Shown here piece after piece: positions 36,106 through 46,544 of a DNA stretch of 64,000 nt. The number at the start of each line of letters is the position of its first letter. The stretch's first letter is position 1. This DNA is from Isurus oxyrinchus. Its lineage: Eukaryota. The stretch spans positions 32,922,001 through 32,986,000 of the forward strand of contig JANJGN010000026.1 of assembly GCA_026770705.1 (NCBI GenBank), given 5' to 3'. Both the position numbers and the translations under genes were made by a program. The notes under the pieces were generated by a model. The model did no database searches and was not told the DNA's origin. It was given only the letters and a program-made list of their open reading frames with translations.

Positions 36106-36487
36106 GTAATCGGAGGGCTTTCAGTGGCGTTCGCCATTGTGGAAACAGGCCATTCGGCCCATCTGTTCCATGCTAGTATTTCTCCTCCACACGAGGTCCC
36201 TCCCTCCCCATCTTCACCACATCCTCTATTTCTTTCTGCTTCGTGTGTTTATCCTGCTTCCCCCTTAAAATCATCGATGCTATTCACCTCAACCATTCCC
36301 TGGATGCGAGTTCCACATTCTCCCCAATCTTTGGGTAAAGAAGTATCTCCTGAATTCACCATTGGATTTATTTTTAGGAATGTGGGCATCTGCTGGCAAG
36401 GTCAATATCACCCTTCAAATTTTGAATGACCCGTCAGTGTTAGGGTTAGAGTCAACCACATATCTGTGGGTCTATAAAAGGGTTTTC

Positions 36488-39205
36488 TGTAGTAATTATA
36501 GTTCTGATAAATATAGGATTGTACCTTTAACCACAGAGGAGGGAAAAGAGGAGAGTGATTCTCCTGAGTATTTATGGGGGCAAATCCTGCAGTTTAATTC
36601 GAAGCTTGACGACACCCAGTGCCCCTGACTTGAAGACCCTCAGTAAATTAGTAACAATAAGGAACATTTTCAACCCAAACCCTCAGTCACAATGCAGAGG
36701 TTCAGGTTCAATTCACTGAATACAGCCCCGAGAGAAACCATTGCTACCCATGTGGTGAAAGTAAAACAACTAATGGAATATTATGATTTTGGTGAAAGCC
36801 TGAAGGATATGCTCAGAGATCATTTTTGTCTCTGGCGTGCAAGAGGATGCTATTCAGTGAAGATTGCTGACTGAAGTGGACCTTGATTTTAAGAAAGCAT
36901 TAGAAATACTGCTTGCGATGGAAAGTGCTGGAAGGGATTCACGAGCGATTCAAGGTGCACAAAATGGCGCCATTTTCCTAGTTGGGCAGAAATGGTCAAC
37001 TGAAAGGAGCACGAAAATCCAGGACTCCGCCGTGAAGCGGGAAACAGCCCCCAATAACCGAAAACTGAGGAACCAGTTTATTAGCAAATTTGAAAACTAA
37101 TTTTATCGACGTGGAAACGATCACACTGCTAATGATTGGCAATTTTAAAAAGTAGAATGTTATTTTTGTTGCAAAAGAGGACACATATTGAAACATTGCA
37201 AAGCGACATTAAAACAGGCTTCTGGGCAACAAACAAAGCCCAATGAAGTATATAGTGAGGAAGAGCTAGAAACAACCAATTCTGACATTTAATCCTTATT
37301 CAACATGAGAGTTGGGAAGGCAGAGCCAGTCACTGTCACTTTACAGGTAAATGGGAAATTCTTAATAATGGAAGTAGACATTGGTGCTTCTATCACTGTA
37401 GTAGGAGAACACACTTTCAAATATTTAAATAAAGGTGCTCAACAATTAAATTTGGAACAAACGGCTACCAAGTTGAAAACGTGCACAGGCGAAGAAATCC
37501 AAGTAAAATATATCACCAGAGCACCTGCTTATTATAGACACCAAACAGCACAACTGCCAGTGATGGTATTAGAAGGTAGAGGACCAAGCCTTCTAAGTCG
37601 AAACTGGTTGAGGGAAACTAACCTTGATTGGCCAGTGAGATTTCAAAAGGAAGCAGAAATAGTTCCTGAGTTGAAGAAGGAACAAGTCAAGGCCCTTCAG
37701 AAAGAGCCTGGAAAGTCCAAGGACCGCAATTGGATGCAAATGGAGTGTGTAGCTATTCAGCAACCTGAAGAAATGAAGACTGTTTTAAACAACGACATGC
37801 AAGAACAGCAAAAGAAACTCAAGGCGACTCTGCTGAATTAGAGTTCAAGTTGAAGCGAATGAGTTTCGCACAAAGAAAAGAAAAACCCTGTTGAAAGACC
37901 CTCATACACTACAAGGATCCCTCAGGTCAAAATTTGTACCTCTGGAAAATTACAAAGAGAAGCAGGAAGAATTTAACGTCACCATGAACAAACTGAAGAA
38001 CCAGTTGGCACAGAAGACGCAGCAATGTTCAAGGTTCCAGGAGGAAGCCAACAGATACATGAAAGAGACAGAAGAGCTGAAGAATCAGCTGAATGCAGCT
38101 AAAGAAACCTTGAAAGGAAAGGTCGTAGAACTGTCCAAGATGTAAGTAGATAATGAAGTCATGGGTAATTCAATTAGTGAACTAAGACAAGTTGAGAAAC
38201 TACCTGAGAGAAGTCTGGCTGACAGTGAAGTCAAGAGGAAGGCCAAGACTAAACTCTGTGGTAGAAAGCAGAAGACAAAAAGGAGGAAGATCCTGAAAAG
38301 ACAATAAAAGGCAGGAATGAAAAAGTTAACAGGTGAATCATCGGAAACTAAACTTGCTCGTTTCCTATTTCAATACAGAACAATCCCAATTTGGAGGGGA
38401 AGGTGGAAAAAAGTCAAGGGAACCAAAAAGCAACTCCTGATTGGCATAGTCATGAGCAACAATTTACTTGGAGAAACAGTGTGTGTAAGGAATGTCGGTG
38501 GAAGACCGAAGTGGCTAGCTGGTAAAGTAAGCTCTGTGACCGGACCATTGTCATACCACATGGAAGTGGAGGGGCGGATCACCTGTAAGTATGTGGATCA
38601 TTGAGGAAGAGAGATATCCCAACAAAATTATATTCCACCTGTAACCATTGCTGAACCTATGGTTCCTGTTGAAGTTGCTCAGCCAAGGACAGACGTGCCC
38701 GATGTCTCTGTTGGAGTGGAAGACACTGAACTGCCTGTATCTGATGTTAATGCAGTTCCAGAGCATGTGGTTCCTGCAAAATAATCGGAAGTCAGGAGCT
38801 GCGACGTTCCACAGGGATCGGGAAACCATCTTAAAGACTGAACTTGTAATTTGATGACCTGTGTAAATATTGTGATGTAATGAGATAAATCTCCTCTAAA
38901 ATACAAAAGGTACAGAAAAGTTTACGGGTGGAGTGGGAGGTGTGTGTGTGTTGGGGGGGTGGTGGTGGGTGGGGGCTGCAGTAATTATAGTTCTGATAAA
39001 CGTAGGACTGTAGCTTTAAGAGTATGCCTGTGTTGTAAAATAACATGAACTGTATAAACCAATGAATTAGAAGCACGGGGACCCTCGAGGAGAGAATTCT
39101 TCTTTCGTTATAGAGTCCTTTGCACACATGTAACTGCTGCCGTCTTGTAAATAAAGTCCAACGTTTCCACCAAGCAAAGCTGCCTAGAAAATCAACTCGA
39201 TCACA
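36488..39205 (+). mobile_element. Internally deleted Ty3/Gypsy-like LTR retrotransposon
   Basis: 5' LTR stub TGTAGTAATTATAGTTCTGATAAA (36488) matches the 3' LTR TGCAGTAATTATAGTTCTGATAAA...CACA (38977-39205), which follows a G-rich PPT-like tract. Gag QRFRFNS...LKDMLRD, Zn knuckle CYFCCKRGHILKHC, protease MEVDIGAS, integrase tail LARFLFQYRTIP...VCVRN...KWLAGKV...GPLSY. Confidence 0.85.
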
Positions 39206-39224
39206 CTTTCCTTCCCGAAAGTAC

Positions 39225-39945
39225 GAGTTATATTATCTAAATGGTGAGAGTTTGCAGAGCTCTGAGATGCAGAGGGATCTGGGTGTCCTAGTGCATGAAT
39301 CACAAAATGCAGGTACATCAAGTAATTAGGAAGGCTAATAGAACGTTATAGTTTATTGCGAGGGGAATTGATTGTAGGGAGGCTATGCTGCAGTTTTACG
39401 GGGCACTGGTGAGACCGTATCAGGAGTACTGTGTACAGTATTGGTCACCTTATTTAAGGAAAGGTCTGAAGGCAGCAGTTCAGAGGATGTTTACCAGGCT
39501 AATACCAGGAATGCGTGGGTTGTTGTATGAGGAAAGGGTGGACAGGTTAGGCACGTATCCACTGGAATTTAGATGTGTAAGAAACATTTAAGATCCTGAG
39601 GTGTCTTGACAGGGTGGATGTGGAGAGGATGTTTCCTCTTGTGGGAGAATCTAGAACGAGGGGTCGCTGTTTAAAAATAAGGGATCGCTCTTTTAAGACA
39701 GAGATTAGGAGATGTTTTTGCTCTCAGAGGGTCGTGAGTCTTTGGAGCTCTCTTCCTCAAAAGGCAGTGGACGCAGAGTCTTTGAATATTTCTAAGGCAG
39801 AGCTAGATAGATTCTTGGTTAACAAGGGTTTGAAAGGTGATTGGGGCTAGGCAGGAATGTGGTGTTGAGGTTACAATCAGGTGAGCCGTGGTCTTATTGA
39901 ATGGCGGAACAGGCTCAAGGGGCTGAGTGGCCTGCTCCTGCTCAT
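39225..39945 (+). mobile_element. CR1 LINE 3' fragment
   Basis: ALVRPYQEYCVQYWSPYLRK, DVERMFPLVGESRTRG. Confidence 0.88.
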
Positions 39946-40554
39946 ATTTCATAATTTGCGATGTGTCCATCTGAATTCATACACATCAGGGTCCCATGAG
40001 AGTACATGACACATCTGTGCCATTGTCAGTGGAATGCCGTCTGGGCTGCACAAAGGTAGCTCTTCTGTTCCTCCATCTCTTCACCACGCCCCCCCACCCC
40101 CCCCCCCCCCCACCCCCCAACCCACCACCTCCCTCCTCAGGACTTTACGCACCACCCCCCCCCCATCCTCCCTCCTTCCTCCATTACTTTCCCTGGGCTC
40201 CCTAGTTTTGGAATGAGTGGGGCCAGCGAGACCCAACGGGCAGTGATAGGCCCTTTCATGACTCTAGGTTGTCCTGATGTGCATTCACAAGGTTCCCCCC
40301 ACCCCTCCTCCTGGCAGCTCAATAGAAAATGGGACCCTCCCATGAGAGAGGCTGTCCCGCTTGTGATCCTGGTTGGAAACGGTGGGAAACTGCGAAATAT
40401 TGGTCAGCATGTAGGTACAGCAAGGATCTCGAAAGGTAAATGGTATGTTCACCTTTATTGCAAACGGATTGTCATATAAAAGTAAAGAAGTCTTCAAATA
40501 ATTATATAGGTCTTTGGTGAGACTACACCTGAAGTATTGTGCACAATTCTTGAT

Positions 40555-40844
40555 CCCTAACCATACCCCTAACCCCTAACCCTTCCCCTAACCCCAACCC
40601 CAACCCTAACCTCATCCCTAACTCCCTATCCCTAATCCTCACTCCATAACCCCATCCCTAACTCTCCAACACCATCCCTAACTCCTAACTCCAGCCCTAA
40701 CCCCATCCCTAACTCCCTACCTCCACCCTAACATCTCAACCCCATCCCTAACTCCCTACACCAAACCCTAACCCCATCCCTAACTCCCTACCCCTAACCT
40801 TAACTCCATAACCCCATCCCTAACTCCATAACCCCATCCCTAAC
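40555..40844. repeat. Degenerate telomere-like (CCCTAA)n interstitial tract inside a CR1 fragment
   Basis: ccctaa, ccccat and ctccat hexamers in register. Confidence 0.85.
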
Positions 40845-41534
40845 TTAAACTAAACTGATTCCTGGGATGAGAGGGATGTCCTATGAAGGGAGATCGAGTA
40901 GAATGGCCCCATATTCTCTAGAGTTTAGAAGAATGAGAGGTGATCTCATTGAAATGTACAAAATTCTTCGGGAGTTTAACACGGTCAATTCTAAGAGGCA
41001 GTTAACCCCACCCTGGCAGAGGAGTCTGGAACAATGTGGGGGGAGTGGGGTGGGGTCACAGGCTAAGGATTAGAGGTCAGCCATTTTGGACTGAGATGAG
41101 GAGAAATTTCTTCACTCAAAGGGTTGTGAATCTTTGGAATTCTCTACCCCAGAGAGCTATGGATGCTATGTCATTGGGTATACTCAAGACTCAGATTGAT
41201 AGATTTTAAGGCTCTGAGGGTGGGAAGGTGGAGTTGAGGTAGAACCTCAGCCATGATCTTAATGAATAGGTGGGGCAGGCTCGAGAGGCCGAATGGCCTC
41301 CTCCTGCTCCTATTTGTCTGGATGTTTGCTAGTTCTTGGGAATACTGTGTACCTTTTTCCGATTGGATCAATGGATCCTCATCCTCAACCTCCCTTGGTT
41401 GCCATGGCTACAGGAGCAGGCCATTTGGCTTATTGAACTTACTTCCCTGCTTCACTCACCACCTATTTTGGAGCTTTTTAAAGACCGTCCAGTTCATCAA
41501 CAGCTCTAACCTGTTTCTTGTCCACCCCTTGCAG

Positions 41535-41674
41535 CTACACAGCGATTGCCATGCCAATGCTCTACAAAACCCACCTCAGCTCCAAGCAGAGAGTCACGTT
41601 GATGATAACCATGGTCTGAGTGCTGTCTTTCGCCATCTCATGCCCGCTGCTCTTCAGGCTAAAAAACCACCCTG
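41535..41674 (+). pseudogene. DRD2: D2-like receptor exon (ICL2-TM4) with premature stop
   Basis: [45 protein letters not shown]; the conserved TM4 Trp codon is TGA. Confidence 0.9.
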
Positions 41675-42844
41675 GTAAGCTGTGCCCATCATGAACCCTT
41701 CTTTCACCTTTTCTTCCTCTATTGTCTCCTTCTATGGTGAGGGAGGGGCATGAGAATTCTCACAGCAGTCCCAGAGATTGGGAACTTCAGTTATATGGAG
41801 AAACCGGAGCAGCTGGGGTTTTTCTCCTCAGAGCAGAGAAGGTTAAGGGGGAGATTTAATTGAGGCATGCAAATTCATGATAGGTTTTCACAGAGTAAAT
41901 AAGGAGAAAATGTTTCCAGTGGCAGGAAGGCCGGTAACCAGAGGGCCACAGATTAAAGAGAATCAGGAAAAGAATCAGAGGAGGAGATTAGGAGAATTTA
42001 TGCTCCACACCAGCACCTGCCCACCCCCTCCTTATCTCTCCCATCACCTATTCTTTTCTCCTTCATGTGTTTATCTAGCTTCCCCCTTAAATACATCGAT
42101 ACTATTCACCTCAACCACTCCCTGTGGGAGTGAGTTCCACATTCTCCCCACTCTCTAGGTGAAGAAGTTTCTCCCGAATTCCCCATTGGATTTACTGGTT
42201 GTTGTACTACGCTGATAGTGCTGGTATCTCACCACTGCCAACCATGTTGTATTATGGTGTGCAGTGGTGTCTCAATGATGAGACCTTGAGAATTGTAGAT
42301 TTAAACATGAACTCTTTATCTATTTACAGATCTCAGGTTACTGTCATGCATGGCGCTGCTACCTCCATGCAGGCTGGTTGCAGAGTGTTCTCTCCAGACT
42401 GTTCTCTCGGTCTGTTACCATGTGACTTTATACATCATACCGTGCGTGGTGTTATTCTCCAGACCCACTCTAACTCTTACTCTGCTGAACACCTTTACGC
42501 TACAGTGGCATGCCGGTACATACAACACTAGTGACTATCTTATTTTGATGACTGTCCAGTTCTGGTCTCCCACCCGCGTTACCCTCCCCCACCCCAAAAG
42601 TGGAAACAATTTCTCTAGGTTCACACTGTCAAAACTCTTTCATAGTTTTAAAAGTTTCTATCAGGTCACCCCTCAGCCTTCTCTTTTCTAGAGGAAAGAG
42701 CCCCAACCTCTTCAGTCTTGCCTGGTAGTTATAAGCTCGTAATTCGGCTGCCATCTTTGTGAACCTTTAGTTGCATATTCTCCAGTGACTCAAAGAGAGT
42801 TTTTGCAATTATGGAGACCAGGAATGTGCTCTGTCCTGTTCCAG

Positions 42845-43044
42845 ATAAAAAGAACGAGACCATCTGTGCCATCATGAACCCTTCTTTTATTTTATATTCT
42901 TCTATTGTCTCCTTCTATGTTCCCTTCATCATGACGCTGTCGGTTTATGTCCAGATCTATGCCATGCTGAGATGGAGGAGGAAGCGTGTGGCAGCTATGA
43001 GGATTAGCATTGCCATGGAGCATGAAACCCAATCGCCCATAAAG
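42845..43044 (+). pseudogene. DRD2: D2-like receptor exon (ECL2-TM5-ICL3 start)
   Basis: CAIMNPSFILYSSIVSFYVPFIMTLSVYVQIYAMLRWRRKRV...SPIK|gtcaga. Confidence 0.92.
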
Positions 43045-44170
43045 GTCAGAAGCGTAAATAACAAGCTCAAATATTAAAATGAAGGGATATGGGTAGTGGG
43101 CGTGGTGTAAGTGACTGACCTTTAACCTCTAGACTTTGCGATTAAATCCTGCACAAGTTTGCTTTCTATAGATGCTGCACGGGTTCAATTCGACATGGGT
43201 TAGAGTTGCTTCGATCCATTTTGTACCAGACACGCTGCCAATGATGCAGAGTTGCTTTCAACCTGCCATTTAAGGGAGGATACAGGATGACTGAGGAAGT
43301 GATGTCATCACAGGTATAGGATGTTGGTCTTTTGTAGGAGGCTGCAGATTGGCAGGTATAGAGGGAAATGTACATCTAACCTCACGTTGTCCTGGGAGTG
43401 TTTGGTGGGGACAGTGTAGAGGGAGCTCTACTCTGTATCTAATCCCGTGCTGTACCTGTCCTGGGAGTGTTTGGAAGGGACAGTGTCTTGCTTTATTATT
43501 TAAAAAATATGCTTTTCAGGGTGATATTTCCTTGTGCAATATTACTGTGCATATCACATAATTATATTCCACCTGAAACAATCTCTCCCTCCACCACCGA
43601 CGCACAGTGGCAGCAGAGTGTACCATCTACAAGACGCACTGCAGCAACTCACCAAGCCTCCTTAGATAGTACCTCCCAAACCCATGACCATGATCATCTA
43701 GAAAGACAAGGGTAGCAGATAGGAAACACCACCACCTGGAAGTTCCTCACTAAGTCACTCACTATCCTGACTTAGAAATACATCGTCTGCTCCTTCACTG
43801 TCGCTGGGTCAAAATCCTGGAGCTCCCTCCCTAACAGCAATGTGGGTGTACCTACACCACATGGACTGCAATGGTTCAAGAAAGCAGCTCACCCCCACCT
43901 TCTCAAGGGGCAATTAGGGATGGGCAACAAATGCTGACCCAGCCGGCGAAGCCCACATCCCATGAATGAATATTTTTTTTTAAAAAATGTAATACTTAAG
44001 TCAGTAATTTTGAAAGGATTTTTGCCCTATTTATTGGATAATCTCTCAATTCAAATTGTAAACAATGGCTTTTCTTTATGGCCAATATGAAGTATTCGTA
44101 TCCATGTTCGTGCCTACTCTGTTTCTAGGGTCGATAATTCCATTTTTTTTTTTGTTTTATTTAGTTCCAG

Positions 44171-44254
44171 AATAAGTGCACACACCCAGATGTCAAACTT
44201 TGCACTTTAATGGTCCAATCAAACGGGAGCACTAGTGTGAGTAAAAAGAAATTG
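44171..44254 (+). pseudogene. DRD2: D2-like receptor exon equivalent to the D2-long insert exon
   Basis: NKCTHPDVKLCTLMVQSNGSTSVSKKKL versus human [29 protein letters not shown]; cag/gtaagg boundaries. Confidence 0.88.
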
Positions 44255-45154
44255 GTAAGGCCTCACCTGGAGACATCAGAATCCTCGGAGCTGATTGACA
44301 AATTCCCAGTTCAATTTCAGTGGCCAAAATTCCCACTTGTCACAAAGGTCACCAATCATTCCAAAGGTCATTGATCAACTCTCTTCCCATTCGCTGCCAT
44401 CGCATGGAATCTCAATGGACCCAAATCATTTCCCACTCATTCCCATTGCACACAATCCAATGGAACAAACCCCTTCTCCTTCACTCCTGTTGTGCAGAAT
44501 GTCAATAGATCGATCCATTCCCATCGCACAGAACCCCAATTCCTTTCACTTCAATAGGGAGATTGGAGAAGTTGGGATTGTTCTCCTTAGGGCAGAGAAG
44601 GTACAGAGAGGGATTTAATCGAGGTGGGCGAAATCATGAGGGGTTTGGATAGAGTAAATAAGGAGAAACTGTTTCCTGTATCAGGAGGGTTGGTAACCAG
44701 AGGGACACAGATCGAAGAGAATCAGTAAAAGAAAGAGGGGGAGATGGGGAGAATTTTTTTTTCTTTTTGCACAGTGAGTTGCTGTGATCTGGAAGGCGCT
44801 GCCTGAAAGGGTGGTGGAAGCAGATTCAGTAGGAACTTTCAAAAGGGGAGTTGGATAAATATTTGAAGGGGAAAAATTTGCTGGGCTTTTGGGCAAAGAG
44901 TGGGCGGAAGTGTGGGACTAATTAGAAAGCTCTTTCAAAAAACCATCAGAGGCTCGCTGGGCTTAATGGCCTTCTCCTGTGCAGTATGATTCTGTGAACA
45001 AGTTAACTGCCCACACCCCATGTACAAAATGGTGACTTGGAGACAAGGACCCTTTGTCATTCCCTTGCTTGTCCTCTCCTGTGATTTGTGTGTGCTCTGG
45101 TCTGTGCTATTGGCTGTTGGTAACACCCATTTCCTCTTCTTTTTGGCATCCTAG

Positions 45155-45481
45155 ACACTGGTACGAGAAGCAATCCCTTACTCTGAGGGAGCCAGATTTG
45201 TGGGGCCTCCCGAGAGGCCAAGGCCAACAGGAACTCCACTGGCTTTCCAGCTCGAGACCACTTCCAGATCCTTCCTAATGGCTGGTAATGGAAGTCACCT
45301 TCCTCCTTCGAGGTATCCGCAGACTCCAAGTGCGATGGCCAAGCAAGGTTCTTCAGGCGGAGCGCTTTTGAGGTGCGGAGGGTGTCAGATGAGAAACAGG
45401 TGCCAGCGGCCAAATCAGCAGGGAAAGCAAACTGTCCCACCAGAAGGAGAAGAAAGCAACAAATGTTGGTGGTTGTCTTAG
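45155..45481 (+). pseudogene. DRD2: D2-like receptor exon (ICL3-TM6 start), frameshifted
   Basis: KLSHQKEKKAT and MLVVVL|gtgagt lie in different frames; the acceptor catcctag|45155 is inferred. Confidence 0.8.
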
Positions 45482-45494
45482 GTGAGTCCAGAAC

Positions 45495-46140
45495 AAACTA
45501 GAACAAATAGACTATGTTCCAACGAGTCACAATGATCTAGAACAATAGCCCAAGATCCATCGTCTTGGTGGTCTAGAACAATTGGCTAGGTGTTGTTTTG
45601 TCACAATGATCGAGAATAGGCAAACGTCTATCGGTTCTTACAATGATCTAGAACAACAGACCGAGTTCTATGTAGTTACAACTATCTGGAAAAATAGACG
45701 AGGTTCCATTGTGTCTCAATGATTTAGAAGAACAGGATAGATTCCATGGATTTTGCAATGATCTTGGACTGTAGGCTAAATTACGTGCTCTACAACTGTG
45801 GACTAACTTCCATAGTCTTGAAATGATTGAGAAAATAGGCAAAGTTGCCTTGTGGCACAATGATCGATAACCATAGGTTAAGTTGCATTGTAGCACAATA
45901 ATTTAGATCTACAGTCCAAGTTCTATGGGTTTTGCTGTAATCCAGAACAATAGGCTGCATTCCACCAGATCACAATGTTCTAGAGTAATAGGCCAAGCTG
46001 CATGGAAATGTAATGATCTAGACTAATTGGCTATGAATGGTGTACTATACTCCCAGTAGATTAGTCTGAGTCCTATAGTGTTACAATGATCTAGAACAAT
46101 AGGCTAAGTTGTATGGAATCACTATATTCTAGGATTGTAT
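45495..46140. repeat. Degenerate ~43-bp tandem repeat (cacaatgatctagaacaataggc...)
   Basis: Recurrent caatgatctagaacaa core filling most of the last D2-like intron. Confidence 0.8.
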
Positions 46141-46356
46141 TCTATACCGATGATACCAAATGTATAAGCTTGTGTGCCATGAATGTAATGTGAATTTTAT
46201 CAAAGAAGTAGCAACTGCAAGTAATTAATGGAGCCCTGTTGCCATATGGTTGAGGAGCTCTGAGTGGGGTAGGAACCCTTTCGCGAGTCATTGCGTTGCA
46301 ATAACAAATGGACAGGTGCATTGACGACTCTTTTCCTCTCTGTGTCGGATTGGCAG

Positions 46357-46544
46357 GCGTCTTCATCATCTGCTGGCTGCCATTTTTCATCACTCACATC
46401 CTGAACGTCCACTACTAGAGGTGCTACATCCTGCCGGTGGTCTATAGCGCCTGCGCCTGGCTGGGTTACATCATCAACCCCATCATCTACACGATCTTCA
46501 ACGTGGCATTCCGCAAAGCCTTCATGAAGAACTTGCATTGCTGA
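46357..46544 (+). pseudogene. DRD2: D2-like receptor terminal exon (TM6-TM7-C-terminus) with premature stop
   Basis: [61 protein letters not shown]; AATAAA near 46797. Confidence 0.93.

Larger units (their letters stand above)
35996..46544 (+). pseudogene. DRD2: Dopamine D2-type receptor (DRD2/drd2l-like) unprocessed pseudogene
   Basis: Six exons in DRD2 order with ag/gt boundaries: 35996-36105, 41535-41674, 42845-43044, 44171-44254, 45155-45481, 46357-46544. Disabling lesions: DRY to DSY, TGA at 41617, frameshifts in 45155-45481, TAG at 46416, and deletion of NSA in TM7. The first coding exon (TM1-2) was not found. Confidence 0.92.

Noticed and set aside
42490-42535. Short resemblance to the D2/D3 AVAMPV.YNT motif
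   Set aside because: Needs frameshifts, has no splice sites and is too short to separate from chance.
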